DNA from: Chiloscyllium plagiosum
Taxonomy: Eukaryota
Reading direction: 5' to 3'
DNA: 20,000 nt
Assembly (NCBI RefSeq): GCF_004010195.1
Contig: NC_057758.1
Coordinates: 6,817,041-6,837,040, forward strand
Below are positions 10,500 to 20,000 of this stretch, in pieces. Below the pieces are notes generated by a model. It ran no database searches, was not told the origin of the DNA, and worked only from the letters and a program-made list of their open reading frames with translations. A program made the position numbers and the translations under genes. The first letter of the stretch is position 1. Each line of letters opens with the position of its first letter.

Positions 10500-11102
10500 A
10501 GGCGATTAAAGATTGGATTCTTGGCAGTGTGGAGGAATAGAGGGATCGGGATGTGCACGTACATAGATCCTTCAAAGGTTCCACCCAAGTGGATAGTGCT
10601 GTTAAGAAAGTATATGGTGCTTTGGCTTTCATCATCGGGGGATTGAGTGTAAGAGCTGTGAGTTTTTGCTGCAGCTCTACAAGTCCCCGGTGAGACCACA
10701 CTTGGACTTTTGTGTTCAGTTTTGTTCGGCCTGTGGTAGGAAAGTTACAGAGACTTTGAAGAATGTGCAAAGAAGGTTTACCACGTTGCTGCCTGGACTG
10801 GAGGGCTTGCCTTATGAAGAAAGTTTGAATAGGCACGTGCTTTTCTCTCGGGAGAGAAGGAGGAAGAGAGGAGACCTGATAGAGCTGTGCAAAGTAATGA
10901 GAGTAACAGATAGAGTCAATAGCCAGATTCTTTTCCCCGGTACAGGATTGACTGGTACGAGGAGTCAAAATTTGAAGATATTAGGAGGAAGGTATAAAGG
11001 AGATGTCAGAGGTAGGTTCTTTACACAGACAGTTGTGATTAAATGGAATGCGTTGCCAGCTGTGCTGGTAGAAGGAGAGTCATTGGGGCATTTAAGTACA
11101 TA
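10500..11102 (+). mobile_element. CR1 LINE ORF2 3' fragment in the copy B intron
   Basis: LQLYKSPVRPHLDFCVQF, VQRRFTTLLPGLEGLPYEESL, RGDLIE and RFFTQTVVIKWNALP are CR1 C-terminal motifs. Confidence 0.9.
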
Positions 11103-11380
11103 TTTGAACTGCAGGAGGAAAGCGGAGCACCCGAAAAAAACCCCAGACAAACACGGGGAGAATGTGCAAACTCCACATAGAGAGTTGTCCCAGATTGGAA
11201 TCAAACCCGGGTATCTGGTGCTGTGCAAAGCCCAAAGAACAGAATTGAATGAGGATGTTGGAAAAGAAAAACGTTCTGCAAGATAGGAACTGCTCAGATA
11301 ATCATTCCATTGTCTGTGCTCACCATTTATTGTTGAGAACTGACATGCCACTGTGAGGCAGCAGTGCTTACCACCGACCC
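11103..11380 (-). mobile_element. tRNA-derived V-SINE (HE1-like), split by a ~130-bp insertion
   Basis: Minus strand has the head ggtggtaagcactgctgcctcacag (11375-11351), a B-box ggtttgattcc (~11207-11197) and the V-domain tgtggagtttgcacattctccccgtgt...gggtgctccgctttcctcc. Confidence 0.8.
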
Positions 11381-14300
11381 TTAGTGTACAGAGATGTGCA
11401 CGCTCGGTAAATGCGCCATGGGAAATGTGATATTACCGGTTTGGCATGAAAAATTTTCGTGGGTTTACAGGGATGGGCGCTCTGGTTGGCATGTTCTTCT
11501 GAGGATCAGTTCAGCCTCGATTAGCCAAGCAGCTTCCGTAGTTATTCAATTATTCTTTAGACATAAAAATAGTCAGACCTTCATATCAGTAGATTTAGTA
11601 GATTTGTCGAAATCCCGAGTTCCACGTATGAAAGAAAATTAGTTATGGTTCAAATTGTGAAAAGAGCCGATTGCCAAGTTTTTAAACAAATCTCAGTGCT
11701 TACTTTCTCCACACGAATATAAACAAAATTGAGACCCTTCTGCCTCTTTCCTCTTACTGCAAATCTCGTGGCAATTGTAATCTTAGCCCAGGGAAAGTGC
11801 GGGATTTCCAACTGCACCACTTGTTACATGTTGGCCATGGCAATGGCGGATCTACTGACGAGTATCACTGAGGTCATGCTTCTCGGAATCAATTGGTATT
11901 ATTTCCCGATGCCTCTCCTGACACTCACTGCTGTGTGTAAATTTAACTACCTCCTGGCTCGATTAGCAATGGACTGTTCAGTCTGGTCCACTATCGCCTT
12001 TACTTTTGATCGATTTATTGCAATTTGTTGCGAGATGCTTAAATCTAAATATTGCACTAAGAAACCGCAACAAGAGTTCTTGCAACAATCTACTTATTTT
12101 TCAGTTTAAAAAACATACCATTTACTTTCGATTTAAGCCTAAACGAATTATTAACAATGTTTCTCTGTATTGTTCTAACAATCGAACCTATTTTACTGAC
12201 CCGAGATGGTTTGGATTTAGAATAGTTGGTAAGGTTTTAACGGCATTGCTACCATTTGGTTTAATTCTGTTGCTCAATGCTCTGATAGTAAGGCATGTTT
12301 TGGTGGCTATTCGAGTCAGAAAGTGACTGAAGGGTCATAGCAAGGGAAAGAATGATCCAGAGATGGAGAGCAGATGGAATTCTGTGATTTTACTCCTCAA
12401 CATATCGGGCATCTTTATACTGTTGTGGTTTCCGTATATTCTGGTCATTTTTAGTGTTAATGAACTCCTCGATGACAATTCTGAAAATTTATTTAAGGAA
12501 GTTGCGTACATGTTGCGGAATTTAACATGCAGCACAAACACTTTAATTTATGTAGCGATGCAGTCCAAGTTCAGAGAACAGTTGAAGAGCATGGTGAAAT
12601 ATCCGGTTACGTTAATTATGAAACTAACTTCGAAAGGAAACAACTCAGAGCTGCTGAAAAGATGATACGTGAATTGAAAGAGTGGCTTGGCAGAACATCG
12701 CTGGGAAAGAAAATCGAAAAGCAAGACGTTTTAACATGTCGTGACCAATCCACATGGAGTAACAGAGGAACTAAAAAAGAACAGCGGCACCAGGTCAAAT
12801 AGAAACCTTCTGAAGGCCTGAAAGAAATGAGCAGGTATAACCCAAATCCACAACAGCAGCAAGGCATATCCTATATGAACATGTATGATTAATGGCAAAA
12901 GAGCAGGAAAATTCTCACATCCCAGAGATAAGGGAACAAGGCCGAGAGATAACACCCGTCCTGCAAACTCAGTTGTAATGTGCATACGAGGAAATAAAAT
13001 GATGTGTTAAGCTTGTGTGCTGCAGGATACTATTCCTTATATGACAATCAATGAAAACATTTTCTGTCAGACAGGGCTAAATGATTCAACAAAGAAAGGA
13101 TTAACTAGGCGTTGAACTTTATTCATCATATTATTGACATTGATACACGAGCAGATTAGATGCGATGGTTTCTGTGGTAAGGAACTCATCCCCACTCTCG
13201 AAAATGAGATGGCACTATCTAGAAAGCAGACGTCCAAAATATAATGAGATACTCGCAGATTTGCGCTGATTGGTGCAGCTCGAACAATACGTGGGACTCA
13301 CAACCGCTGCAGTAGGAATTTAACTGGAAAACATTTTTTTAATCAAGTTAAATATTCGCGTCCGAGCCAGATTCTGCCCAGAGCCACATAAATTTATGTA
13401 GTCTAGTTAAACATTCTGCTCCGGATAAAGAAGTTATCCATCTATCACTGGAAACCCTTCACATGAATATGGCCTTTCGTATTGCCTTCACATCTTTAGA
13501 TTACTGAGGGGTCGGTGGGTTGGGGGGAGCTAATACATAGAGTGATTCGTTACAATCTTACTTACATAGGGTTGAATAATGATATCTGGCAATTGTTTGC
13601 CAGAGAGAAGTGAGCACAATGGGGGAGGAAGTGATTCACTTAGCATTACTTCCAAACAGTAAAGCGTGCTGAGCAGAGAGATTGGTGCAGGATTCCAACT
13701 CCACCACACGAACCCACCCCGAAGTACCACATGCTGGTGAGTTGCAGAAAGAGGACTTTTCAGCAGTTGCACAATTGTTGGAGAAATGGTCAAAAGTGAA
13801 AACGGTCTTGGAGTGCTTTTGATTTTTGTGCATTGGATCTTATCCTTGGGCGTGCATGGTCTCTGCAATATTAAAATACAAACCGGAATGCAGTGATAGA
13901 CATACCGAATAGGAATCTACAAAGACAGGAAAGATAATAGGAATGTATTTGTTTCTGAATGAAAGTAGCATCAAGTGTCCTTGTGGAAACTTCATTGAAC
14001 TCAGAGATCCCATGCAGAAGCTCTGAGGATGTATCTTCAAACAACATCATTGATATATACAGCTGTTTCCCTGAGGACCCATTTTCTACGAATATAACGC
14101 AGAATCTGCTTCTATACGCCATCATTTCGACATCTTCTCATTCTACGCTATTTCCTTTTATTGCACTCGAGAGCCATGTACAAGTTTTAGTACCTGTGAA
14201 ACCAGTGTCAGCATCAGCTTTCATTACTATTTGTCATTGTGTTATTTCAGATAACGTTAAGCCTGTTCTGAGAAATCTGACAGAAATCTTGCTTCATCGT

Positions 14301-15084
14301 CTTTTTAAAAGCTATGCTCGAAATTGCCAGTCATGGAACGAGTGAAGAAAATCTTGTACTATTTCTCCAATCCTCTGCTGTTTCTCTAAGCAATTCTCAT
14401 CAATACATTGCAAAAATAAACGAGAAACTATGCTCAAATTACACATTGTCCTTCTTCTATAATAATGAGACTAAATGTAAATTTGACCAGCTGTGTTACA
14501 GTCCTTATCTCTGGCCAATGATTGCCCTCCCTATCTTGAATGATGACATTTGCAGATTAGAAAACGATGCAGGCAAATGAATTGTGATGATCTTGGACAG
14601 TTCCTCAGGAAACGATAAAAGTGGAGGCAAACTCTAGGTACATGTCGTTCCATGAAACGCCAGTTTTAATATCGTTTGATGGTGGTTTCCTACTTGATTA
14701 AACAGTTTTATTCAAAAAAAGTAATTCAGTCTGTACTTCATTGATTGTTGATTGACGTTTGTGCAAACCTTCCTGTGTTTGATACATTGTGACAACCTCC
14801 GACGATGAAAGAGAACATTGAATTACTTCCGCATTATCCAGTGCCTGAACTGTATATGACTAAGAACCTGCCGTTTGCTCCCAATCTTTCACTCTCAGAT
14901 TTACGAATCTCTGGGACTGTGGAACTTTGTTTCGTGTCATACATTGAAAGTGGGATTTATTCTTTCTCTGAACTTTGCTGCCTGTCAGTGTGAATTGCAA
15001 CGCTTATTTCCGAATCTCTGGGTTTGTGCATGTAAGTGAGATCCACTCTGCACTGACGCCCTGCTCAACATTGAGTGTCCACCC

Positions 15085-15645
15085 CCATTTGCAGAACACC
15101 TCCAGTCTGTAAACAAGCAAGGCCCAAAATTTCCCGTAGCCCAGTCATTTTAACACAGCATCCTGCATGCAAGTTCATTTGTCTGTCCTCGGTATTCTAC
15201 CATACTCCAGTGAATCACGGCGAAGCTGGAGAAGCAGCATCTCATCTTCAAACTAGGCATGTTCACAAAATTCTGGACTATTGCTGAGTGCAGCACCTTC
15301 AAATTGTGAGCTCATTGCTTCATTTTCTCGCAACTTTGCTTTTTACCTTCTCTATCACTCTCTCTCCCCTCACGCCCGCACCAGTGGGACGGTCTACTCT
15401 TGCCAGTTTGGCAGATAGAAACACAGTTGTTCTGCCATTCACACAGTCTGACCACTTAATATGAATTGTCAACATTCTTTCGAAGCCACAGCAGTCCAAC
15501 CATCGCCCCAGCAATGTTGCATAAATGCTGCTCTCTCAACACATCAACATCAAAACTCAAAACTTGGCTTTCCTCCATCTCCATAGATATAGCCCTTGAC
15601 CCACTCTGGTCTCCAATATTGTGCTGTTTTCAGTTTCCAGTTCGA
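15085..15645 (+). mobile_element. Penelope-like element 3' fragment (GIY-YIG endonuclease C-terminus plus pLTR)
   Basis: Frameshift-corrected translation from 15088 gives FAEHLQSVNKQGPKFPVA-HFNTASC..HLSVLGIL..KLEKQHLIFKLG, matching the PLE pattern RFxEH..PVAxHFN..EQxLIFxLGT. A decayed pLTR follows (ctccatagat..tgaccc..tgttttcag). Confidence 0.75.
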
Positions 15646-15657
15646 CAGAAACAATTC

Positions 15658-16145
15658 CCCAAACCACGCCCCCTCACACAGTGTCCCGCCCAGCACGCCC
15701 AAACCACGCCCCCAAACACTGTGTCCCGCTAGCACACCGCAAACTCCACCCACAAAAACTGTGCCACGCCCAGCACACCCAACATCCACCCCCAAACACT
15801 CTGTCCCGCCCAGCGCACCTTAAAATCCGCCCTGAAACTCTGTGCTACGCCTAGCATACCCAAAACCCCGCCCCAAATGCTTTGCCCCGCCCAGCACTCC
15901 CCAATCTCCGCTGCATAGCACAATTCTCTGCCCAGCTCACCCTGCTCCTAAACACGGCCCCGCCCTTTGCACAAACCTGACCAACTACAATTTCCCACGC
16001 AGTGCACCCCAGGCACTTACCCAATCACTCTGGACTGCCCAGCGCTCCCCAAACACCGCTACCATGCACTCTTCCCTGTCCAGAACACCTAACAAATTGC
16101 CCCAACCATGATTCCAAACCTGTCCCTACCACAACACCCCGCGCC
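15658..16145 (+). repeat. C-rich minisatellite, ~40-bp unit, at least 7 recognisable copies decaying to the right
   Basis: Unit approximately cccaaaccacgcccccaaacactgtgtcccgcccagcaca, starting at 15658, 15698, ~15739, ~15779, ~15820, ~15860 and ~15900. Confidence 0.85.
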
Positions 16146-16874
16146 TAATTTCAAAGCACCCATTTTCCGAAAGTCCACCCTCCATTATCCAATTCCTCCT
16201 CATTCCATACCGAGGACCAGATCTTTCTCTTTCTCTCTTTTTTTAAGTTTGGCGATGGGGTTTTTGTTGGAAGGTGACAGGTAAGGAACAGATGTGATTC
16301 TCTCTCCTTTGTAGTGCTGGGCTGGGAAGGGAAGTTTTGTCAGAGAAGTCTTGATGAAATTCTGAAAATTTGTTCCCATTAAAAACTGGGCCTGATGCTT
16401 TTGGACCATATTTGACATCAACCAATTCTTGCCCCTAAGAGCTAGGCCTCATATTTCAAACTTCAACAAATCAGGCCAATCCACTGGGTGGTGATGTAGG
16501 CACTGGTATGGCCTCCAGATGCATCATAACGAGGATGGGCCAGAGGACCCTTTGTGGCTGCCATTTGCTCCACTCTTTGCTGGAGACGACCGACTCCAAG
16601 ACGCAGCCTTGGTGCCAATCAAGCCCTGGAGGACCGTGATGGTGAGCTGCAGCCGCTGGTGAAGGTAGTGCTGGATCTCATTCAGCTTCTGCTGCTCACC
16701 CACGATATCGTCCAGGAGGCACCCTGCTGGTAGAGGAGGCTGGCGGGCTCCCAATCCTCCATTTGTTGCCAGTAGTGGGTGAGTTCCTGGAGCCGGGCAT
16801 TCAGGAGCCTTGGAGGATAATCATGGAAACTGAGAGTCAGAGGCTGGCGAGGTTGCACTCAGCCGTGGCGCAGT

Positions 16875-17142
16875 ATTGGCCCACGATATCAGTTGGGCCA
16901 CATTGAGGCCTCAGTCAATTGCACAGCCAATTGGTGAAGCAAATCTAAAACAGAGGCAGTGCCTATATTTCCTTGCACTGAGCAGCAAGTTCTGAACTTC
17001 ACTCTGATTGGCTCACTTGCACTCGGACCAATATGCAGCCTCGTCCTATATGCCCCTGCATTAAATCCACTAATTGGCTTACCCAGCTCAGGGCCCCCGA
17101 TGCATCCTGAGTCGATATTTCACTGCATTGTCGAGATATTGG
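16875..17142 (-). promoter_or_regulatory. CCAAT-box cluster (candidate NF-Y promoter)
   Basis: ATTGG at 16875, 16930, 17007, 17073 and 17138, and CCAAT at 16927 and 17028. Confidence 0.35.
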
Positions 17143-18089
17143 TTAATTGACTAACACAGCACGAGTTCTGAGATACATCCGAGTCCTGCATCAGGGTCAT
17201 GGTGCGAGTGAGATGTGCATCATTTTGGCCCAGACATTCAACCTTCGTTCTTCATCTCTGATCTGTGGAGTTCAGCTAACTCTAGATCAAATGTAAGCAC
17301 TAGCTCCATGATCTGAATCTTAGGCCTAAACCTCCCGCGCTGTAGGTCTCAATTCATCCCCAATTCATCTAGTGTGAGCTCGGTTTTGTAAAGGGCCCGA
17401 AAATAGAGCCTGGGACTCTCCTGCTCTATGTGCACATGTCTCTCGCTGTGAGTGTGAAGGTCTTTAGTTTCACAGCACTTGTAAGGTCAAGTCCCCAAGA
17501 TGATGCGCAGGCTTACGTTTCCCTACATTGTGGGTCCTGGTCAGTCCCGGAAGGAAAAGTCAGGAAAACTGGCAGATGAGACATTCTGCTCTGAGTCACC
17601 TGGTTTATCTCAAAACAGAAGACCGGTGTGTTCATTTCCATCATCTACTGGGTTTTAACTCTCTGTGGTTAGGAAAGAGATTTGTATTCTCGGCAGTACT
17701 AGGTCAAGGTGGAAACTGGAACTTTCCTCCTATGGACGTCCATACTTGTGGGGGCTCTCAATCCCATAGATTCCATGATAGATCAACAAACAAGAGCATG
17801 AGACGGGGCCTCCTTGTCCGGATACTTCAAAGTCCCACATTGGGTGAAATTGTTAAATTCAGTGCTCGGCTGAAAATGGAGCCTGAGGCCTACACTTCCC
17901 TGCATCGGACTCCAACCGCCCCACATGGGGTGAAATTGGTAAAATCAGTACTCGGCCTTAGATCGAGAAACGGCATGTCTCTGCAGTGCATTATAATATA
18001 TGTGGAAGAGAAGGATTTACTTTCTGGTGAAGAGACAATTCCAGGTGTAATATAAACACTCAAGAAGCAAGGGCAGTGCAAGATTGATT

Positions 18090-18412
18090 GCTTAAAACTC
18101 AGTAATAGGAAATCCGAAAAAACAATGCTGCGTTTATACTACAGGCCTCCCAACGACTCCCTGGCGAAAGAAGGCGAGAAAATGCAGACAGATCTTTGAA
18201 AGATGTAATAGCAAGGTTATTGTGGTGGGCGCTTTTAACTTCCCTGACACGCTAGGAACTTGGATGGGCAGAATTTGTAAGGACCATTGAGGAGGGATTC
18301 CTGACACAACAGGTAAACTGTCCAACCAGGGAAGGGACCTGAGTTTAGGAACTGAGCCAGACCAGGTAAGTGAAGTTTCAGTGTGGGAGAATTGTGGGAG
18401 AAGCGACCATAA
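18090..18412 (+). mobile_element. Degenerate CR1 endonuclease-domain fragment
   Basis: tactacaggcctcccaac (YYRPPN), gttattgtggtgggcgcttttaacttccct (VIVVGxFNFP) and agcgaccataat (SDHN). Confidence 0.8.
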
Positions 18413-18432
18413 TGATGTGCATTGCAACTTTG

Positions 18433-18514
18433 GACGCAGTGGCTGAGTGGTTCAAGCGAAGGACTGCTAATCCATTGTGGTTTGCACGCATGTGTTCAAA
18501 TCCCATTCTCGTCA
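18433..18514 (+). tRNA. tRNA-Ser(GCT), probably a pseudogene
   Basis: 82 nt collinear with vertebrate tRNA-Ser(GCT), with the long variable arm and anticodon GCT at 18466-18468. A-box TGGCTGAGTGG, B-box GTTCAAATCC, and a TTTT terminator at 18518-18521. About 13 differences from the canonical sequence as I recall it, several of which break acceptor, anticodon and T-stem pairs. Confidence 0.85.
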
Positions 18515-18523
18515 GTATTTTAT

Positions 18524-19888
18524 TATTTGGAAAGGCAAGGATTTCTCAGGAATAGTCAAGATGGCGTTGTGCATGGGAAATCATGTCTCACAAACTTGAT
18601 TGAGCGTTTTGAAGAAATAACAAAGAGGATTGAAGAGCAGTAGATGTGATCTATATGGACTTCAGTAAGGCTTTCGACAAGGTCCAATTGGGAGACTGAT
18701 TAGCAATGTTAGATCTCGTGGAATAAAGGGAGAACTATCCATTTGGATACGGAACTGGCTCAAAGTTAGAAGACACAGTGTGGTGGCGAAGGATTGATTT
18801 TCAGACTGGAGGTCTGTGAGCAGTGGATTGCCATTGGATCGGTGCTGGGTCCTTTACTTTTTGTCATTTGCATTAATGGTTTGGATGCGAGCATAAGAGC
18901 TACAGTTAGTAAGTTTGCAGATAACACCAACATTTGAGGTGTAGTGGACAGCGAAGTGGGTTACCTCAGATTACAACAGGATCTGGACCAGATGGGCAAT
19001 GGGCTGAGAACTGGCAGATAGAGTTTAATTTAGATAAAAGTGAGGTGCTACATTTTGGGAAAGCAAATCTTAGAATGACTTATACATTTCCTGGAAAGGT
19101 CCTAGGGAGTGCTGCTGAACAAACGGACCTTGGAGTGTAGGTTCATAAATCCTTGAAAGTGGACTCGCAGGGAGATAAGATAGTTAAAAAGGCGTTTGGT
19201 TTGCTTTCCTTTATTGGTCAGATTACTGAGTACAGGAGATGATAGGTCATGTTGCGGCTGTACTGGGAATTGGTTAGGCCACTATTGGAATATTGCGTGC
19301 AATTCAGTTCTCCTTCCTTTGGAAAGATGTTGTAAAACTTGAATGGTTTCAGAAAAGGTTTACAATGATGTTGCCAGGGTTGGAGGATTTGAGCTATAGG
19401 GAGAGGCTGAACAGGCTGGGGCTATTTTCCCTGGAGCGTTGGACGCTGAAGGGTGATCTTATCGTGATTTACAAAATTATGATGGTCATGGATAGGATAA
19501 ATAGATAAAGTATGTTACCAGTGATCGGGGAGTCCAGACCTAGAGGGCATAGATTTAGGGTGAGAGGGGAACGATATAATACAGACCTTAGGGACATTTT
19601 GTTCCCGCAGAGGGTGGTACGTGTATGGAATGAGCTGCCAGAAGAAGTGGTGGAGGCTGGTGCAATTGCAACATTTAAGAGGCATTTGGGTGGTTATAAG
19701 AATAGGAAGACTTTGGAGGGATATGGGCCGGATGCTGGCAGGTGGGACTAGATTTGGTTCGGATATCTCGTTGGCATGGACAGGTTGAACCGAAGGGTCT
19801 GTTTCCATGCTGTACATCATTATGACTCATTGACTCATTGAACCGAAGGATCTGTTTCCATGCTATACATCTTAATGACTCATTGACT
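18524..19888 (+). mobile_element. 5'-truncated CR1 LINE (RT region to 3' tail)
   Basis: YLERQG..GKSCLTNLIE, tatatggacttcagtaaggctttcgacaagg (YMDFSKAFDK), aagtttgcagataacacc (KFADNT) and VWNELPEEVVEAG. The 3' UTR ends in tgactcat repeats and its terminal ~53 bp are duplicated. Confidence 0.93.
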
Positions 19889-20000
19889 CTCTCACACACA
19901 TACACACACTCTCACATTCTCTCTCTCTCACACACACACTCCCTCTCTCTATCTCACGCACACACATACATTCTTTCTCTCTCAGACACACTCTCTCCCT
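19886..20000 (+). repeat. Compound (CT)n/(CA)n low-complexity repeat
   Basis: Alternating ctctct and cacaca tracts to the window end. Confidence 0.85.

Larger units (their letters stand above)
9853..12665 (+). pseudogene. GPR139-like: GPR139-like class A GPCR pseudogene, copy B (exon 1 9853-9919; exon 2 11760-12665)
   Basis: Exon 1 encodes MHNTLRAVRKMFYAILTIIGIP and ends at a G|GTAAGT donor (9920). It joins in phase 1 to ANLVAIVILAQGKCG...MAMADLL...TFDRFIAICC...PFGLILLLNAL...DPEMESRWNS...CSTNTLIY. Lesions: acceptor AG>TG at 11758-11759, 1-nt deletions near 12062-12064 and 12118-12119, and TGA at 12324-12326. Confidence 0.9.

Noticed and set aside
10666..11286. Longest ORF in the window (206 aa)
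   Set aside because: It is a CR1 C-terminal fragment reading into the antisense V-SINE, not a host gene.
11729..12665. Copy B as a functional gene
   Set aside because: It has a destroyed splice acceptor, two frameshifts and a nonsense codon, too many lesions of different kinds to be sequencing error alone.
13508..13528. G-rich tract ggggtcggtgggttgggggg as a G-quadruplex
   Set aside because: Only three runs of three or more G, isolated and with no supporting context.
15658..16145. CRISPR-like periodicity and Pro-rich ORFs
   Set aside because: The whole unit repeats with diffuse divergence and there are no unique spacers or cas genes. The context is eukaryotic and the ORFs are repeat artefacts.
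17528..18055. 175-aa ORF
   Set aside because: TTG start, no recognisable domain or splice structure, and it ends next to decayed CR1 sequence.

Overview
Eukaryotic, repeat-rich vertebrate DNA, most likely from a shark or other elasmobranch. That assignment is inferred from the CR1 LINEs, an HE1-type V-SINE, Penelope-like pieces and GPR139-like receptors. No intact protein-coding gene is evident. The window is organised around a head-to-head inverted duplication: the left arm (1 to ~1830, probably extending to ~3105) mirrors the right arm (~10130-13049, probably extending to ~7698). Each arm carries a rhodopsin-class GPR139-like receptor pseudogene, and the two copies were disabled by different mutations. 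The rest is mostly decayed retroelements: at least seven CR1 fragments, a Rex1/Babar-like 3' end, a split V-SINE and Penelope-like (GIY-YIG) remnants. Notable extras are a 205-bp palindromic Penelope-derived insertion with a 13-bp target-site duplication and a hammerhead-ribozyme core, a decayed tRNA-Ser(GCT) wedged between collinear CR1 endonuclease and RT halves, a ~40-bp GC-box minisatellite, and a CCAAT-box cluster upstream of an unidentified coding-like island. All family names come from motif recognition by eye, not from database searches.
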